From positions 1,240,001 through 1,304,000 of the forward strand of contig OZ374561.1 in assembly GCA_977862235.1 (NCBI GenBank): 64,000 nt of DNA, written 5' to 3'. The stretch is from Dudresnaya verticillata (Eukaryota). Below, piece by piece: positions 11,726 through 23,108 of the stretch. The first letter of the stretch is position 1; the number at the start of each line of letters is the position of its first letter. Below the pieces are notes generated by a model, which was not told the DNA's origin, ran no database searches, and saw only the letters and a list, made by a program, of their open reading frames with translations. A program made the position numbers and the translations under genes.

Positions 11726-13332
11726 TATAATCTGGTGCGCGTCGATGCGCACGCAGAACGGGGCCGCCGCAGTGGCGCGTACCCCCTGATGTTGTTTTCA
11801 GGATGCAAGGCAGCATCAGAGCCGCGTCGACGCGTTTCAAACAGCTGAGCGTCCGGCCAGCGGCTGCGTGCGAGCTAAGCTCGTTTATCGGGCGGTGGGG
11901 CCTCGACGCCCCACCCCACTATGGGTGCCATTGCGCCTGACCCGCGTCGAAGTGGGTGGCGGTCCGTAATGCTGGCGTCGATGCCACACAGGGGACTGCC
12001 TGCGCGCGCAGCGTCGCGTCGATGCGGAGCGCTAGCGCGGTGCGGGTGCCCCTAGTGGTGGCGTCGCGGTGCTTTGCGCGCCGGGGGTGACCGCGTCGAC
12101 GCGGTCCACTCCCAGGGAGTAGCTCAGCGCTTGGCGACGTCTGTGGAGGGGATAATCTTGCCTGCTGTCGCCGCCTTGGTGCCAAACCCGTCGTCGGGTT
12201 GGGTGGGACGCCAGCCCCATGGCGGCGATTTGCGCAGCCAACCCCGTGCCAGGGGCGTCGATGCCCCTGGATGAGTGGGCAGATGCCCAGGGGTGTCGGA
12301 CCCCATTGGGCGTTCCCAATTATTTGTGTTTCGGCTTCAGTAGGCACTGCAGCCTGAACACAAATTCGCGCCTCTGCGCTTATGGGGTGCACGCGTCCAA
12401 AATGTGGGTAAGCGCGCGCCCGCGGGCATGTATTTGGCAGGCCTGCCGCGGGGCCGGTCGTCTGCCGCGGTGCCCTCTGCCTTCCCACCGTCGAGGTGCC
12501 GCTCACGCGTCGAAGCGCTGCGGTGCAACCCGAAGGACGCCAACCTTCTTGGCTCTGGCGCCCCACATCGATGTGGGGGCTGTGCGCGTTGCCGCCCCGC
12601 CCGGCTATAAACTAGGGCGGTGGATGTTGGCCGACGATTGCGCGCGACTGCGGGGCGGTGTTGGTGAAGGAGGCGTTGACGCCTGCCCTTCGCCATCTGC
12701 GTGCAGCTGCCAATTGACGTCGACGTCGATGGCGCTTCGGCTTGGATGGCATAGCGGCTTCTCTAGCCGGGTCGCATCGACCTTCGACGCTCGTTTCGCG
12801 TGCACATATGGCGAGGGCGCCCGCCCGAGTCGAGTCGGCGTGCGCGTGCCCTCGTTTTTGCCTGGACTTCTTCCGCATGGCGGTAGAGAAGGGGGCGTTG
12901 ACGCCTGCCCTTCGCCACCTGCGTGCAGCTTCGCGTAGGCGTTGGTCAGAAAACCCGCACCGTTGGGGGTTGTCTTCTGCGTAGCGGGACGTCGCCACTG
13001 CTGGGCGTCGAGCCGGCAGTGGTGAAAGGCGTAGTGCCCAGCGTTCTTGCTATGCGCAGTTCGCAGAGCACCCCTGCTCCTTGGCCTCTACCATCGGCGC
13101 GGGGTGCTTTCGGCTTGGACCACCGGCTTAGGAAACCGCAATTCATGCCCGTGCTGTGGGGCCTAGGCCCTAAGTGTTCCCGTCGATGGGAAAAGGCAAC
13201 TGATGCCTGGATAAAGGCAATGAACGGCAAAGAATGCCTGGGGCCCCCTCCTTCAGCACGAGGCGCCCCCGCCCAGGAGGTGGGTGGAGGGGATGGGGCG
13301 TCGTGCCCAGAGCCCTTCTGACGCTTCTGTGC

Positions 13333-14453
13333 GCGGAAGTATTGGCTCACCATCTCCTCCGGCAAATGGGATCGAGGTTCCCATGTCGGCTTAGAGTATC
13401 CGGTCCACTTGACCTGGAATAGCAGCGTGCCGTCGTCGGCCGTGTCATGGTCAACTACCTTGTCCACCACGAACCGCGGGCCGTCGATCGACGGCCGTTG
13501 ACGGCCTTGGGCGCGAGATCGTCGGCGGTGGGCAAGTACGCGCTTCGACGCGCGGTGTCTTCCCGCAGAGGCGGGGGCAGAAGCCGGCTCGGTGCGCTGC
13601 GATGCGTTCGACCAGGCCATCTCTGTCGATAAAAAACGTGCGCTCGTCGTTGAGCGGCGCGCGATAAGGACCGATGGCCGGGCTCTGCAGCTTCAGTGGT
13701 TTCGTCACCCCGTCTGTTGCGTCGATGAAGATATAGTCCCCGGCCTTGGTGCGGGCGTTGACCTTCCGGACCCGTCCGTCAAAGTCCTTTTTGTATTGCC
13801 TCTGCGTTTTGGGCAGGGCTGCAGAATCCAGGCCCATATTGTCTATGTCTAACCGCTTGAGCAAGTCCGTTCGGACATCCTCACTAGGTTTCGGGAGGTC
13901 GACCGCCGAGTGAAACTTAGTAAATTCCGGCGGAGGCTGTGACAGCACTAAGCTGAAGGGAGTCGTCCGCGTTGAGCGGTGCACGTGACAGTTGTAGGAA
14001 TACGTCAACGCAGAGGCGTATCGATCCCAATCGTTCTGGTGATCGTTGACGTAGTTCCTCAACATGGCCATGACGGTCCGGTTGTAGCGTTCAGCCTGCC
14101 CATTCGACGGGGGGTGATACGCGGAGGTGAACACGTTGTTCAAACCCAAATACAGGCAGACGGCTTGGAAGAACTTCAATGTGAACTGCTTTCCGTTATC
14201 CTAAAGCAAGGACCTAGGGGTCCCGTAGTGGAAGACGCACTGTTCACAGAAGACAACTGCGACTTTGTAAGCCGTAATGGTGCGCAGAGGCGCGACTTGC
14301 GTCAGAATAGTAAAGCGGTCCGTCATGACGACGAGGAATTTGCGACCAGACTTGGTCTTGCGCAAGGGGCCCAGTATGTCGATAGCGACGGATTCCAGCG
14401 GCCTGGTGGCCGGGAACAGCTTCGGTCTACGAAGGTGTCTTCGCAGTCGAATG
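13333..14453 (-). pseudogene. pol: Gypsy integrase core plus chromodomain, with a stop and frameshifts
   Basis: PLESVAIDILGPL...VMTDRFT and TSAYHPPSNGQAERYNRT. Chromodomain FVVDKVVDH...FQVKWTGYSKPTWEPRSHLP at 13333-13473. Confidence 0.9.
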
Positions 14454-15150
14454 TGAAAAGGAATATGGAGAGGTTGAAGTTGAACAAGATGAGAAATGGA
14501 AGTCGCTTGACTTCGTTTACTGCTTCGACCATCCGACAAGGCTTATATCAGCTTTTCGGATGAGTCGCTGCGTGAACACAAACAAAACAAATCATTAAAG
14601 AAACGCCCAAAATCCCTATCATCAGATGGGCGGGAAAAAGTAAAGCAATCAAATCTACCAAATCATACTCTCAGCACACTCACATCCGCCACCAAAATGG
14701 GCGGGAACTTGCACACCAGTGTTGCTAACTGCTGACATCAGCAATCCGTCTTGCGAACGCATTTCCTGCCATCCATATGTACTCCAACTTTGGGCGGGAA
14801 CTCGAAAGTATCGAGTGTCCCCGCATGGCTGCTGTCAGACAACACTGCACACCACGTGGCCGCACTTACGAGCTGAAGTCCGTCCATGAATATCCAACTT
14901 GGATCATTGACCACGTAATCACCCAGATTTGCCTACGTGGCAGCTGTAAACCAACGTGTCGGCCGCACGACAGCTACGTGCCAACTGTAAAACAATGTGT
15001 CGGCCGCACGACCACTGCATCTGCTGATATCACAAGCCAGGCTCCAAGTAGCGCAAGTCCCTGCAGTACCAACTCAGACGCCATCAGCACATTGCATGGC
15101 ACGGTCATATGTACTTGTGGAGTACAGTGCGCGTCATACCAATACCATTC

Positions 15151-15924
15151 TGTAGTATAGACGTCGGGTCGATCCGACGTCTGATACTTGCTGGTCCGAA
15201 GCCGCCACACAGACCCGTCGATGGGTAGCTGTTGGGGTTGGTAGAGCGGTGTCGGCCGCGTGCGCCCCGCAGGTGCGGATCAACGGCGTCGATGCCGGAG
15301 CGCGCACGGGGCGTACCGTACGCGGGTAGGCAGCGGCCGGATCCCAGCGTCCCTGTCGAAGGGCGGCACGAAGCCGACGGAAAGTAAAAGGAAAGGGGAA
15401 AGCCTAGCGAGGGAAGGGGAAAAAGGGAAACCGCCCGCTGGCGTAAGGCAAAGGGATCGAACCCGAAAAGGCTGGGGGCAAGCTTCAGCGCGAGCTGTTG
15501 CTTGCTCGGTTTACTGAGCCGTCGATGGCCGACGGTCTTAAATACCCTACACTATGTGCACTACTACTACTTCTACAGTAGGTGCGCCCCACAACACCAA
15601 CGCGGGAGGTGTGCGAGCGCGCGCCCATACACGTCTCGATACGTCCGGGTAACGGTTACCCATGGGCGCGCGCGGGGCGTAACGGGCAGCGGCCCTCTCA
15701 ACGGCTCGATGCCGCAGAGTGTCACAGGGGCGCGCCGTGTGCGGCACGGCGCGCTGCCGCTGCCGGCAGCAACGCGGTCGACCGCTACTAATTCAACGAA
15801 AAAACTAAGGGCACGCTGCCCAACCACGACTCGCCAGCGGGCGTCATCGTGTGCACCATTACAGTGCGGCGCTGCCAGCATACCTTACAGCCGCTGCTGA
15901 TAGTGTGCTAACAGCTATACTACA
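15151..15924 (-). mobile_element. Solo LTR, Gypsy-2-related (774 bp), inserted in the Copia Z LTR
   Basis: Perfect 10-bp inverted repeat TGTAGTATAG...CTATACTACA with TSD CATTC at 15146-15150 and 15925-15929. The Copia LTR sequence is continuous once it is removed. Confidence 0.93.
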
Positions 15925-16216
15925 CATTCCATGCCATACCACGTGCATCCATGTGGTCCAATCAGATCGTTCCACTTGGCCGTTCATGTTATAACCACCA
16001 ATTCCAGCACAAAACTTGTAACCCATATAGACCATGGAGGCGGTTTGGAACAACCAATCAGAAGCCCATTTCACGTTGCTTTTGCAAAAGGCCTAAATGC
16101 GCCGTGATTTTGGAAGCCCGGAAAAGGGCTGTCGTCTCCGGAAGGTTTGGTGACAGCGTGCCAGGGTGCCATCTGGGGTGCCTGACCCGTGACGTGAGAC
16201 GCCAGCGACCAGGTCC

Positions 16217-17191
16217 TCAACACTCCTCCTCGATGGCTCCTCCAAGTCCAACCCTTGGTAGAATCCTATTGAGCAAAGTGGGCCCGAGTGGCTTTGTCAG
16301 CAAGTCCGCGTCGTTGTCTTCTGACGGCACATACACCACTTCCAGAACAGAGTCGGCGACAAGTTCGCGAATGAAGTGTACACGAACGTCGATGTGCTTG
16401 GCACGACCAGATGGACAGCGTTCTCCAGTAGCCCAATTGATGGCAGACTGGTTGTCTGATCTCAATGTAACGGGGCCTTCGACGTCCAAGTCGGCCTCCT
16501 TCAACACTCGCGTGACCCGAACAGTCTCTTTCGAAGCCAGAATAATTGCATAGTACTCCGACTCGCAAGTTGAGAGAGCAACAGTTGACTGCTTCTTGGA
16601 TCCCCAAATACACACTGTATCTCCCAGTTTCACCATGTAACCAGACATAGATTTTCGGTCTGTGGTGTCACCGGCATAGTCAGCGTCCACATAAGCTTGG
16701 ATACGAATGCTTCCAGACTGGTACGTAACACCATGCCTGTGAGTGCCTCGGAGATATCGCAGAACCCTCTTTGCACCACGATGACAGTACGCCGTTGGAG
16801 CCTTCTGGAACCAAGCGAGGATAAGCACAGAGGCCAGATTGTCCAACCTTGTGCGAAGCCCCAAATACAGAAGTGACCCGATCATCTGCTGGTACGTCTC
16901 AACCGAGATGACGGCCTTGTCCTCTTCGGCGGCAAGTCCAGTAAAGAAATTCTCAACCATCGGCGTACAAGCCGGCTTAGAGTTCTGAAGTCCAAATCGA
17001 CGAAGAACACTTTCCGTGTAGACCTGTTGAGTCATCTTGAGGGACACAAATCTGCCATCAGAGTCTAGCTTCCATCCAAGCTCGACTCCGAGGAAGAGGT
17101 CAACCCCTTCAGACAGCCGTAGATCGCAGAGGCCCTGCAGCTCCTTAACAATGGCGTCTCTCTCCGATTTTGTGGGCGCCAGAATGAGTAA
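16217..17191 (-). pseudogene. pol: Copia RT C-terminus and RNase H fragment
   Basis: YVDADYAGD, KSMSGY, STCESEY, RSDNQSAI, KHIDVRVHFIRE. Confidence 0.92.
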
Positions 17192-17400
17192 CACTACGAA
17201 GGCGATTTTCAAATGATTAGATAATTTCCATGGTAATATACGGCCCTGTAACGTGGCACCCGGGGTGCGGCGGGTGTCAATCAAATTATACTCAGCCAAT
17301 GGCCGCATTGTATACTCAGCTAGAATTCGGGCCACGTCGCGCATACTCAACTGCTGATTGGCGGGTGTCTCGGCCAATACATTTACTCTATACTCAAACA
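17192..17400 (+). mobile_element. Probable CACTA (En/Spm-like) left terminus with subterminal TATACTCA repeats
   Basis: Copia homology ends at 17191 (GAATGAGTAA versus consensus GAATGAGCAA) and the next bases are CACTACGAAGG. Four (T/C)ATACTCA motifs lie in 17288-17396. No right end or transposase is seen. Confidence 0.45.
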
Positions 17401-17790
17401 CAAGTACGTGGTGCATGTACAATGGTCACCCGCAATGAGGCGTGGAACGTCGCACCCACTAGTGGGTTCGGCGGCTGGCGCGGGGTGGCGATGTGACGGT
17501 CACGCCGAGCGGAGCGCGCGTGCGCGAATCAAAACGCGCCGGATCCGACCGGCGTCGTCGCCGCGCCATCGTGTTGTGTGCGAAAAAACATTTCAGCTGT
17601 CCCGTGCCGCTGTTCACCGCCCACCCGCGCCCACCACCCCACCCACGAGCCCATCGAACAGCAGCCTACCTACTGACGGTGACGACTGCACCCCCGCTCG
17701 CGCGCTTCACGCTCTGCTTTTGGACACTGCGCTCTCTCTACCCGTCCGTCCTTCTCTTACGCGCTTCCCTCTCCCGCATCCAATATCGCG

Positions 17791-20547
17791 ATGCAGCCGG
17801 TGCACACCAACGTTGTCCTTGCGCCCACGCCGGCAAGCCAAGGCGCTCACCCCGGGAGCAGCGTCGCACACACCAACCAGCATTTCATCGTCGCTCCCGG
17901 GAACCTCGCACCTTCCGCAAATGGTGCCTTGGTTCCGACTGCGCCGAGCACCATCGGCGCCATGATTCCGGCGACGCCAAGCGCTGTCGGTGGAGCTGTG
18001 CATGCCGCCGCCATGAACCTTCCAGCTATGGCTCCCCTCTCTGCAATTAACGAACCATCACTCGAAGCGAGTATTCAGCAAGCCTACCGTACCGGTGCTG
18101 CCGACATGCGCCAAACAATGGCGTCACGCACAGAAGAACAAGTCAACGCGCTTCGTGCTGCCGGCATTGATGGCTGCAACCTCGCAGCAAGGCGCAGCGG
18201 CCGCCCACATCTACAATCCAACGCCTTCGCCGGCTTTGGGTAACAACATCGGCCTTCCCGCTCTGGGGTACGTGCCATCCAATCCGGGGCCTTTCCTTCC
18301 TACAACCATCCTGGGCTAGGAAACATACCGATTACTGCGCGTGCTGCAGTTGACCATGGAAACACAGTGCCGCCGCCTGCTGTATTCGCGTCGCAATGCT
18401 GCTTCGCTCTTCGTCGGTAACGGTCGCCCTGCCGAATTCAAGCAAATCGTGGACTACAACGCTTTCCCTTTCCAGGACATGCGAACCACGACCAGTGGGC
18501 GTATCGACAAGCAGGAAGGTTTTGCTCGAGGAGGAGGTCGGGGTCGCGGACGTGGTCGCGAACGTGGTGCTTCACGTAGTCGCGGCCGTGGGAGGGGCCG
18601 CGGAGAATTTTCAAGACTTTTCAGTACTGGACGTTCGAGGGATGAGCGAAATACCCGCTTCCAGGACATGTCTCCGGCAGAGCGCGAAACGGAACGCAGT
18701 AAGGAGCGGGCTTGCCTCAACTCTGCATCTGAGAGGCAGCGAAAGTGGTTTAGGGAGCAGGTGAGCAACATTATCAAGCCCCAGAGGGTTTGGGGACCAG
18801 GGCAGGAAGACATGGAGCCGGAGCTGGACATTATTGAAGCTATGGAGCGTCTTTCTACTGATACGTTTGGCGCATGGTGGCAGGACTACCTCGAGCACAT
18901 GGATAAGACAGAGGATGGAAGGTGGCGATTTGATTTCCTCGACCAAGATCAGCGCCTTCGGTCAATGGATTGCAATCGGCACTGTCGCATTCTCACTTTC
19001 GTCAGGCAGCAGTGCGCGTTTGAAGATCCTAGTGACCCGGCAGTCATTTATTGTCGGCATGATGTGACGCCTACAAGAATCAGCGCAACACGATCATTCA
19101 ATTCATCAACGCAGAGGAGACGCAGCGGTGCATTGCCCCGCTTGCACATGAGGAAGCCGTTCTGATGGAAGTTATTGTGAATGGAAGGATGGCCCCGCTC
19201 AAGCAGGGCTATTTCGGAGATGATCGCGATCAGACGTATAGCCACGGGCCTTTCCCGGACCTCATCAGGTAGAACAACGGCGGGTATAAGGACGACCGCG
19301 GCTAAGGACGACCGCGGCGTCTACAACGACGACAACCGAGGTGGCCACAATGACAACCGTGGGGGCCACAACGACTACCGTGGCGGTCATAAAAATAACC
19401 ACGGCGCGTACAACAACCGCAGCGGTTACAACAACCGCGGTGGCTACAGTAACCGCGGTGGCTACAGCAACCGTGGTGGCTACATCAACCGCGGCGGCTA
19501 CAACAAACGCGGTGGCTTTGATGACAATCGTGGTGGCTACAATAACCGCGATAGCTATGATGACTATCACGGTGGTTACAACAACCGCGGGGGGTATAAC
19601 AACAACCGCGGGTTCAGGAACCGCGTCGGGTACAACGACAACCGCGACGGCTACGACAACCGCGGGTACAACGACAACCGCGAAGGCTACGACAACCGCG
19701 GGTACAACGACAATCGAGACGGATACAACAATCGGGGCGGCTACAATGACAACCGCGGAGGGTATCGCGGAAATGGTTTCAACGACAACCGCGGTAGAGG
19801 GTACAACAATCGTGGCGGGAACGACAACCGCGGACGCGGCAATGGAGGTGGCAACGGCGGTGACAACGATGGAGGCGCAAATGGCGGTGGGAGCGACGAT
19901 CGCGCCGCCGCGCGCCGCAGTGTCTATGGCGGTGGCAACAACAGCGGTGGCGGCGGCGGCAGGAATGGTGGTAGGAGAAACAACGGCGGCCAGGGCGAAA
20001 ACGGTGATTCAAACTACGCCCAAGCCCTGGATCGCTTCAATGATGCCACAGTTGCAGGTGCGCATGGGACAAGGGGTGTACAGGGCTCGGTCTCACCTAC
20101 AGAAGCTGTCCCTGCAGTAGCCTCCGGCCTTGACCGAGCACGGCGGCGAATTTGGGACGTAACCGGCCAAGGCGCTTCAACGATGCCTCTCGTCCCCCAC
20201 AGCCCGAGGTTGCGGCCAAGCCCACCTCCACGGTAATTAGAATCGTTCCTGCAGGCAATCCTGGTGAAGCGGGCGCCTGTGAAGCGCTGAAAGGCGATGC
20301 TGTTGCTGCGGGCAAACCCAGCTCTACAGGGGGTCAGGATGTCGAGAATCAAACCGACAAGCCATCAGGACCACCGGATGCAGCCCCAACACCGTCCTCT
20401 GCTGCTGAAAAGGACATGGCTGCGGATGAACCCGCCGTGGATGCTTCAAGCGTGAAGCCTATTTCAAAAGATGCAAACGTCGCTGAGGTTGACGCCATTG
20501 AGGTACCGCGTGCGGCAAAGCCCACTGCGAAGGTTGCCGAGAAATAG
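17791..20547 (+). pseudogene. Decayed gene for a ~900-aa low-complexity protein: P/A-rich N-terminus, RG box, Trp/Cys-containing core, NRGGY repeats, A/P/K-rich tail
   Basis: Consecutive + ORFs 17791, 18095, 18341, 19181 and 20152 join through a few stops and frameshifts. Motifs include ARGGGRGRGRG, FGAWWQDYLEH...WRFDF...CNRHC and more than 20 (D/N)NRG(G)Y units. Confidence 0.65.
19305..19840 (+). repeat. Coding minisatellite, 18-21-bp units encoding Y(N/S)(D)NRGG
   Basis: Repeated TACAAC(GAC)AACCG(C/T)GG units with variation mostly at synonymous third positions. Confidence 0.9.
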
Positions 20548-20930
20548 GCTGCACTTGCAGCTTCCGGTAATGATGTCATAATGCAGAATGCCGCGGGCTC
20601 GGAAGATGCACAGGATCGTGAGGGCTCGCGCGACTGGTCTACTTCGTGAGATATTCCTTCGCAGGAACGCCGTAACACGAGGAGCAAGAGTAGGAAGTAG
20701 CGTTTACTATTCCGGGTTACTAAACTGCTGGGAGGATCCTGAGCCGCGGCGTTGCCTGCGACTTGGTCCCCATCCTTCAGCTGCGGAACGAATTCTCTTC
20801 TGCCCAAGCCCTCTCCTGCTTGCTATCCTCGCCGGGTTGCTGATAGGTATCTGTAGCTCTCCTGGTCCCTGGACATTAACTTCTCTCATCATAACGGGCT
20901 GAAACCCAGGACGGTGGTTCTGATTGTATC

Positions 20931-21693
20931 TGTAGTGCAACGAAATTGCCCCTTTTCGTGTTACCACGTGATCAGCGCGTTACTCGCGAAGGCGTACACA
21001 CGTGTGCTCGTTAGGTAGCACACGTGGCCACGCCGGCCCACTTCGGACGCGCGCAGCCCATTCTGGGCTTGCCCGCGCGCGCTCCTATTAATTGCATTTC
21101 CCTTTACAGTACTCGACACTCAGTGTACACTAGGTACACTGAGGTGTCAGTGTTAGTTTATTGTAGGTAGTGTATGGTAGCCCTAGCTATCCTACCGCCG
21201 TGGCTAGGGACTTAAGGCGAGTAGCGCCGGCCACCCTCAGTAAACCAACCCCAAGCATGGGCTCTGCAGCTGAGTTCCCCCGCGCCTGACCCACGAGCTC
21301 GTTGCTCGGCGTCACCGCGGGCTAAGGCTAGCGCAACCCGTGCCAACCGCCTTCCCGACGCTCCCTACGCGCACCTCCCTGCTGCTCCTCCCCGCGCCGC
21401 GCTCGGCTCCCTTCATTTCCCCCGTTTCTACCTCTCCAGCAAACCCCTTCCGGTCCTCCCCTTATCCCTTCATCCTCCCTTCATCTTCGGCGTCTACGCC
21501 CCTTCGCTGGTGTTTACACCTACTTTTGGCGTCCACGCCCACACAGAACCCGACGGTGTTTACAGTCTGCCGCCGGATTGCTTCCTAGCTCTACCACCGC
21601 GTTTACGCGATACTCACGCGTGATCGTGCAGCTACCCTTCCGAGCCCGAACTCTCGGGGTTGCTCTACAGCCGCGTACGGCCATTGCACCACA
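20931..21693 (+). mobile_element. Solo LTR, Gypsy-type (763 bp)
   Basis: TGTAGTGCAA...TTGCACCACA (9 of 10 inverted repeat) with TSD GTATC at 20926-20930 and 21694-21698. CTCAGTAAACC is shared with the 15151 LTR. Confidence 0.88.
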
Positions 21694-22705
21694 GTATCGC
21701 CTACCAACAGATTGGCGTAGCCTGCTTTGTGAGCCCCGAGCTTTCCGACTTGTTCCTGCGGTCGCGGGGGCACGGCCTTGTACAGTATTTTGTAGAGGGT
21801 TCATTGAAGGAGCAACTGTCTGACCGCCTACGTCTAACGAAAAGGGTGAATGTCCCCCACGGAGCATGGTGAGACCTTGGCGGAGATATAACATCAACTC
21901 ACTGTGGTGAAACGCCCGAACAAGGGCGCAACCCCAGAACCAGAGTCCGAGTGGTCCTCCCACGGGTTGGTAGCAGGCGGCGGTGGTGAGGCCGACGCCG
22001 GTTGGGTGGTAGAGCTAGGGACACGGGGTATGCCCCGGATGGTTGAAACGTGGGCGGGGTCGACTGTAAACCCCCGGCCCACGTATGAGTGCTGTAGTGC
22101 GCGTAGAGCGATGAAGGCGATTACGCCGGTGAGTGCCGTTGAAGCCAGACAGTAGAACGGGGTATGTAAGCCCAAGTCGCGCACGGTGTCGTCACCGGGT
22201 CCGAAGGTGGGGGTATCCTCGAATTCCTAGGCCTGCTTGGCGCTTTACTGTGAGGGGGGGCTCACCCCGTATACTAAGTATCCCCCGCGGGAGATGCGCG
22301 CGCGTGTGTGGCGCCGTGCGCTTGACACTTGGCATGCGCGTGCACCGCGAGCTCACTAAAACATCGCGCAAAAATACCTAGCGTAGAAATACTACTACCG
22401 CACTGTAAATCAGTGTAATCTAAGGGTGCGCATTGCTGGTGCGCACCCGAGCGAGGATTCCCTCGGATATATTCGGCGCGCGTGTTACGCGTGTACACGT
22501 GTAGACGTGTCGCCCGTGTGTTCTGTTGGCGCGTGCTGTACGGGCGCGCGCGCACCGTGCCAAGGGCGCGTTCCCCATTGGCCGGATCTCGTACGCGCGG
22601 CATCCGCGCACAGGCCCATCCAAGCTGCCGGTTATCGGCGTATGCTATAGTTGCGGGTGCTCCGCGTGTGCCGTCGTCCGCTCACCACGCGAGCGGGTGT
22701 AGCGA

Positions 22706-22712
22706 TATAAAA
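22706..22712 (+). promoter_or_regulatory. Candidate TATA box for the ORF starting at 23109
   Basis: TATAAAA in a GC-rich context, about 400 bp upstream of ATG 23109. Confidence 0.3.
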
Positions 22713-23108
22713 CGGGGTTCTCCTCCCCGGGGCCTTGTACCACATCGCCCCCTCCGAAGAGCGCAACCCGCGGTGCCGTCCCTCACCCTCCAGTGTCATC
22801 CCTCTTCTTGCGGAGTCGCCTCCGGTTGGTTCGTGCAGCAACAACCCCGCCGCCGTCTTGACGACACTTCTGTTGACTGACCGCGGCTCTCCGCTTTCCA
22901 ACGTGACACGTACTGCGCAGCGCGTGTGTGCCTCCTTCGGGGTTGACCCCGGTGCGCGCCGCATTGCGGAGCTATTGTGGCGGCTCTTAGCGCACCCGCG
23001 TGCCGACGTGCAACTGCCGATTGGCGTCTCTTCCAAGTCTGATCGAGGCCCGCCCTCGTTCGTGCTGCGTTCTCAATTGCTCCGTGGAATCCCACTCAAC
23101 GTGCCATT

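Larger units (their letters stand above)
10105..14453 (-). mobile_element. Chromovirus-like Gypsy 'Gypsy-2', 3' half (integrase, chromodomain, long 3' region, PPT, 3' LTR)
   Basis: LTR, PPT and integrase-chromodomain lie in the correct order. Inserted in Gypsy-1 gag and interrupted at 14454 by a Copia LTR. Confidence 0.9.
14454..17191 (-). mobile_element. Copia family relic 'Z': 3' LTR (14454-16222, split by a solo LTR) plus RT end and RNase H
   Basis: Same LTR (TGAAAAGG...CCTCAACA on +) and the same ...GLGGAIEEEC terminus as the copies at 26-64 kb, but more diverged. Only two 41-bp LTR repeats. Inserted in Gypsy-2 integrase. Confidence 0.95.

Noticed and set aside
17192..17422. N-terminal ~77 aa of the 401-aa ORF 16217-17422
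   Set aside because: Chance read-through from unrelated sequence into the Copia RT fragment.
19341..20120. Thr-rich mucin-like ORF and the Val-rich antisense ORF
   Set aside because: These are shadow frames of the NRGGY repeat; third-position variation favours the NRGGY frame.
21894..22270. 96-aa minus-strand ORF with a hydrophobic segment, and a PPT-like GAGGGGGGG at about 22252
   Set aside because: No matching LTR end, TSD or domain could be found to define an element.
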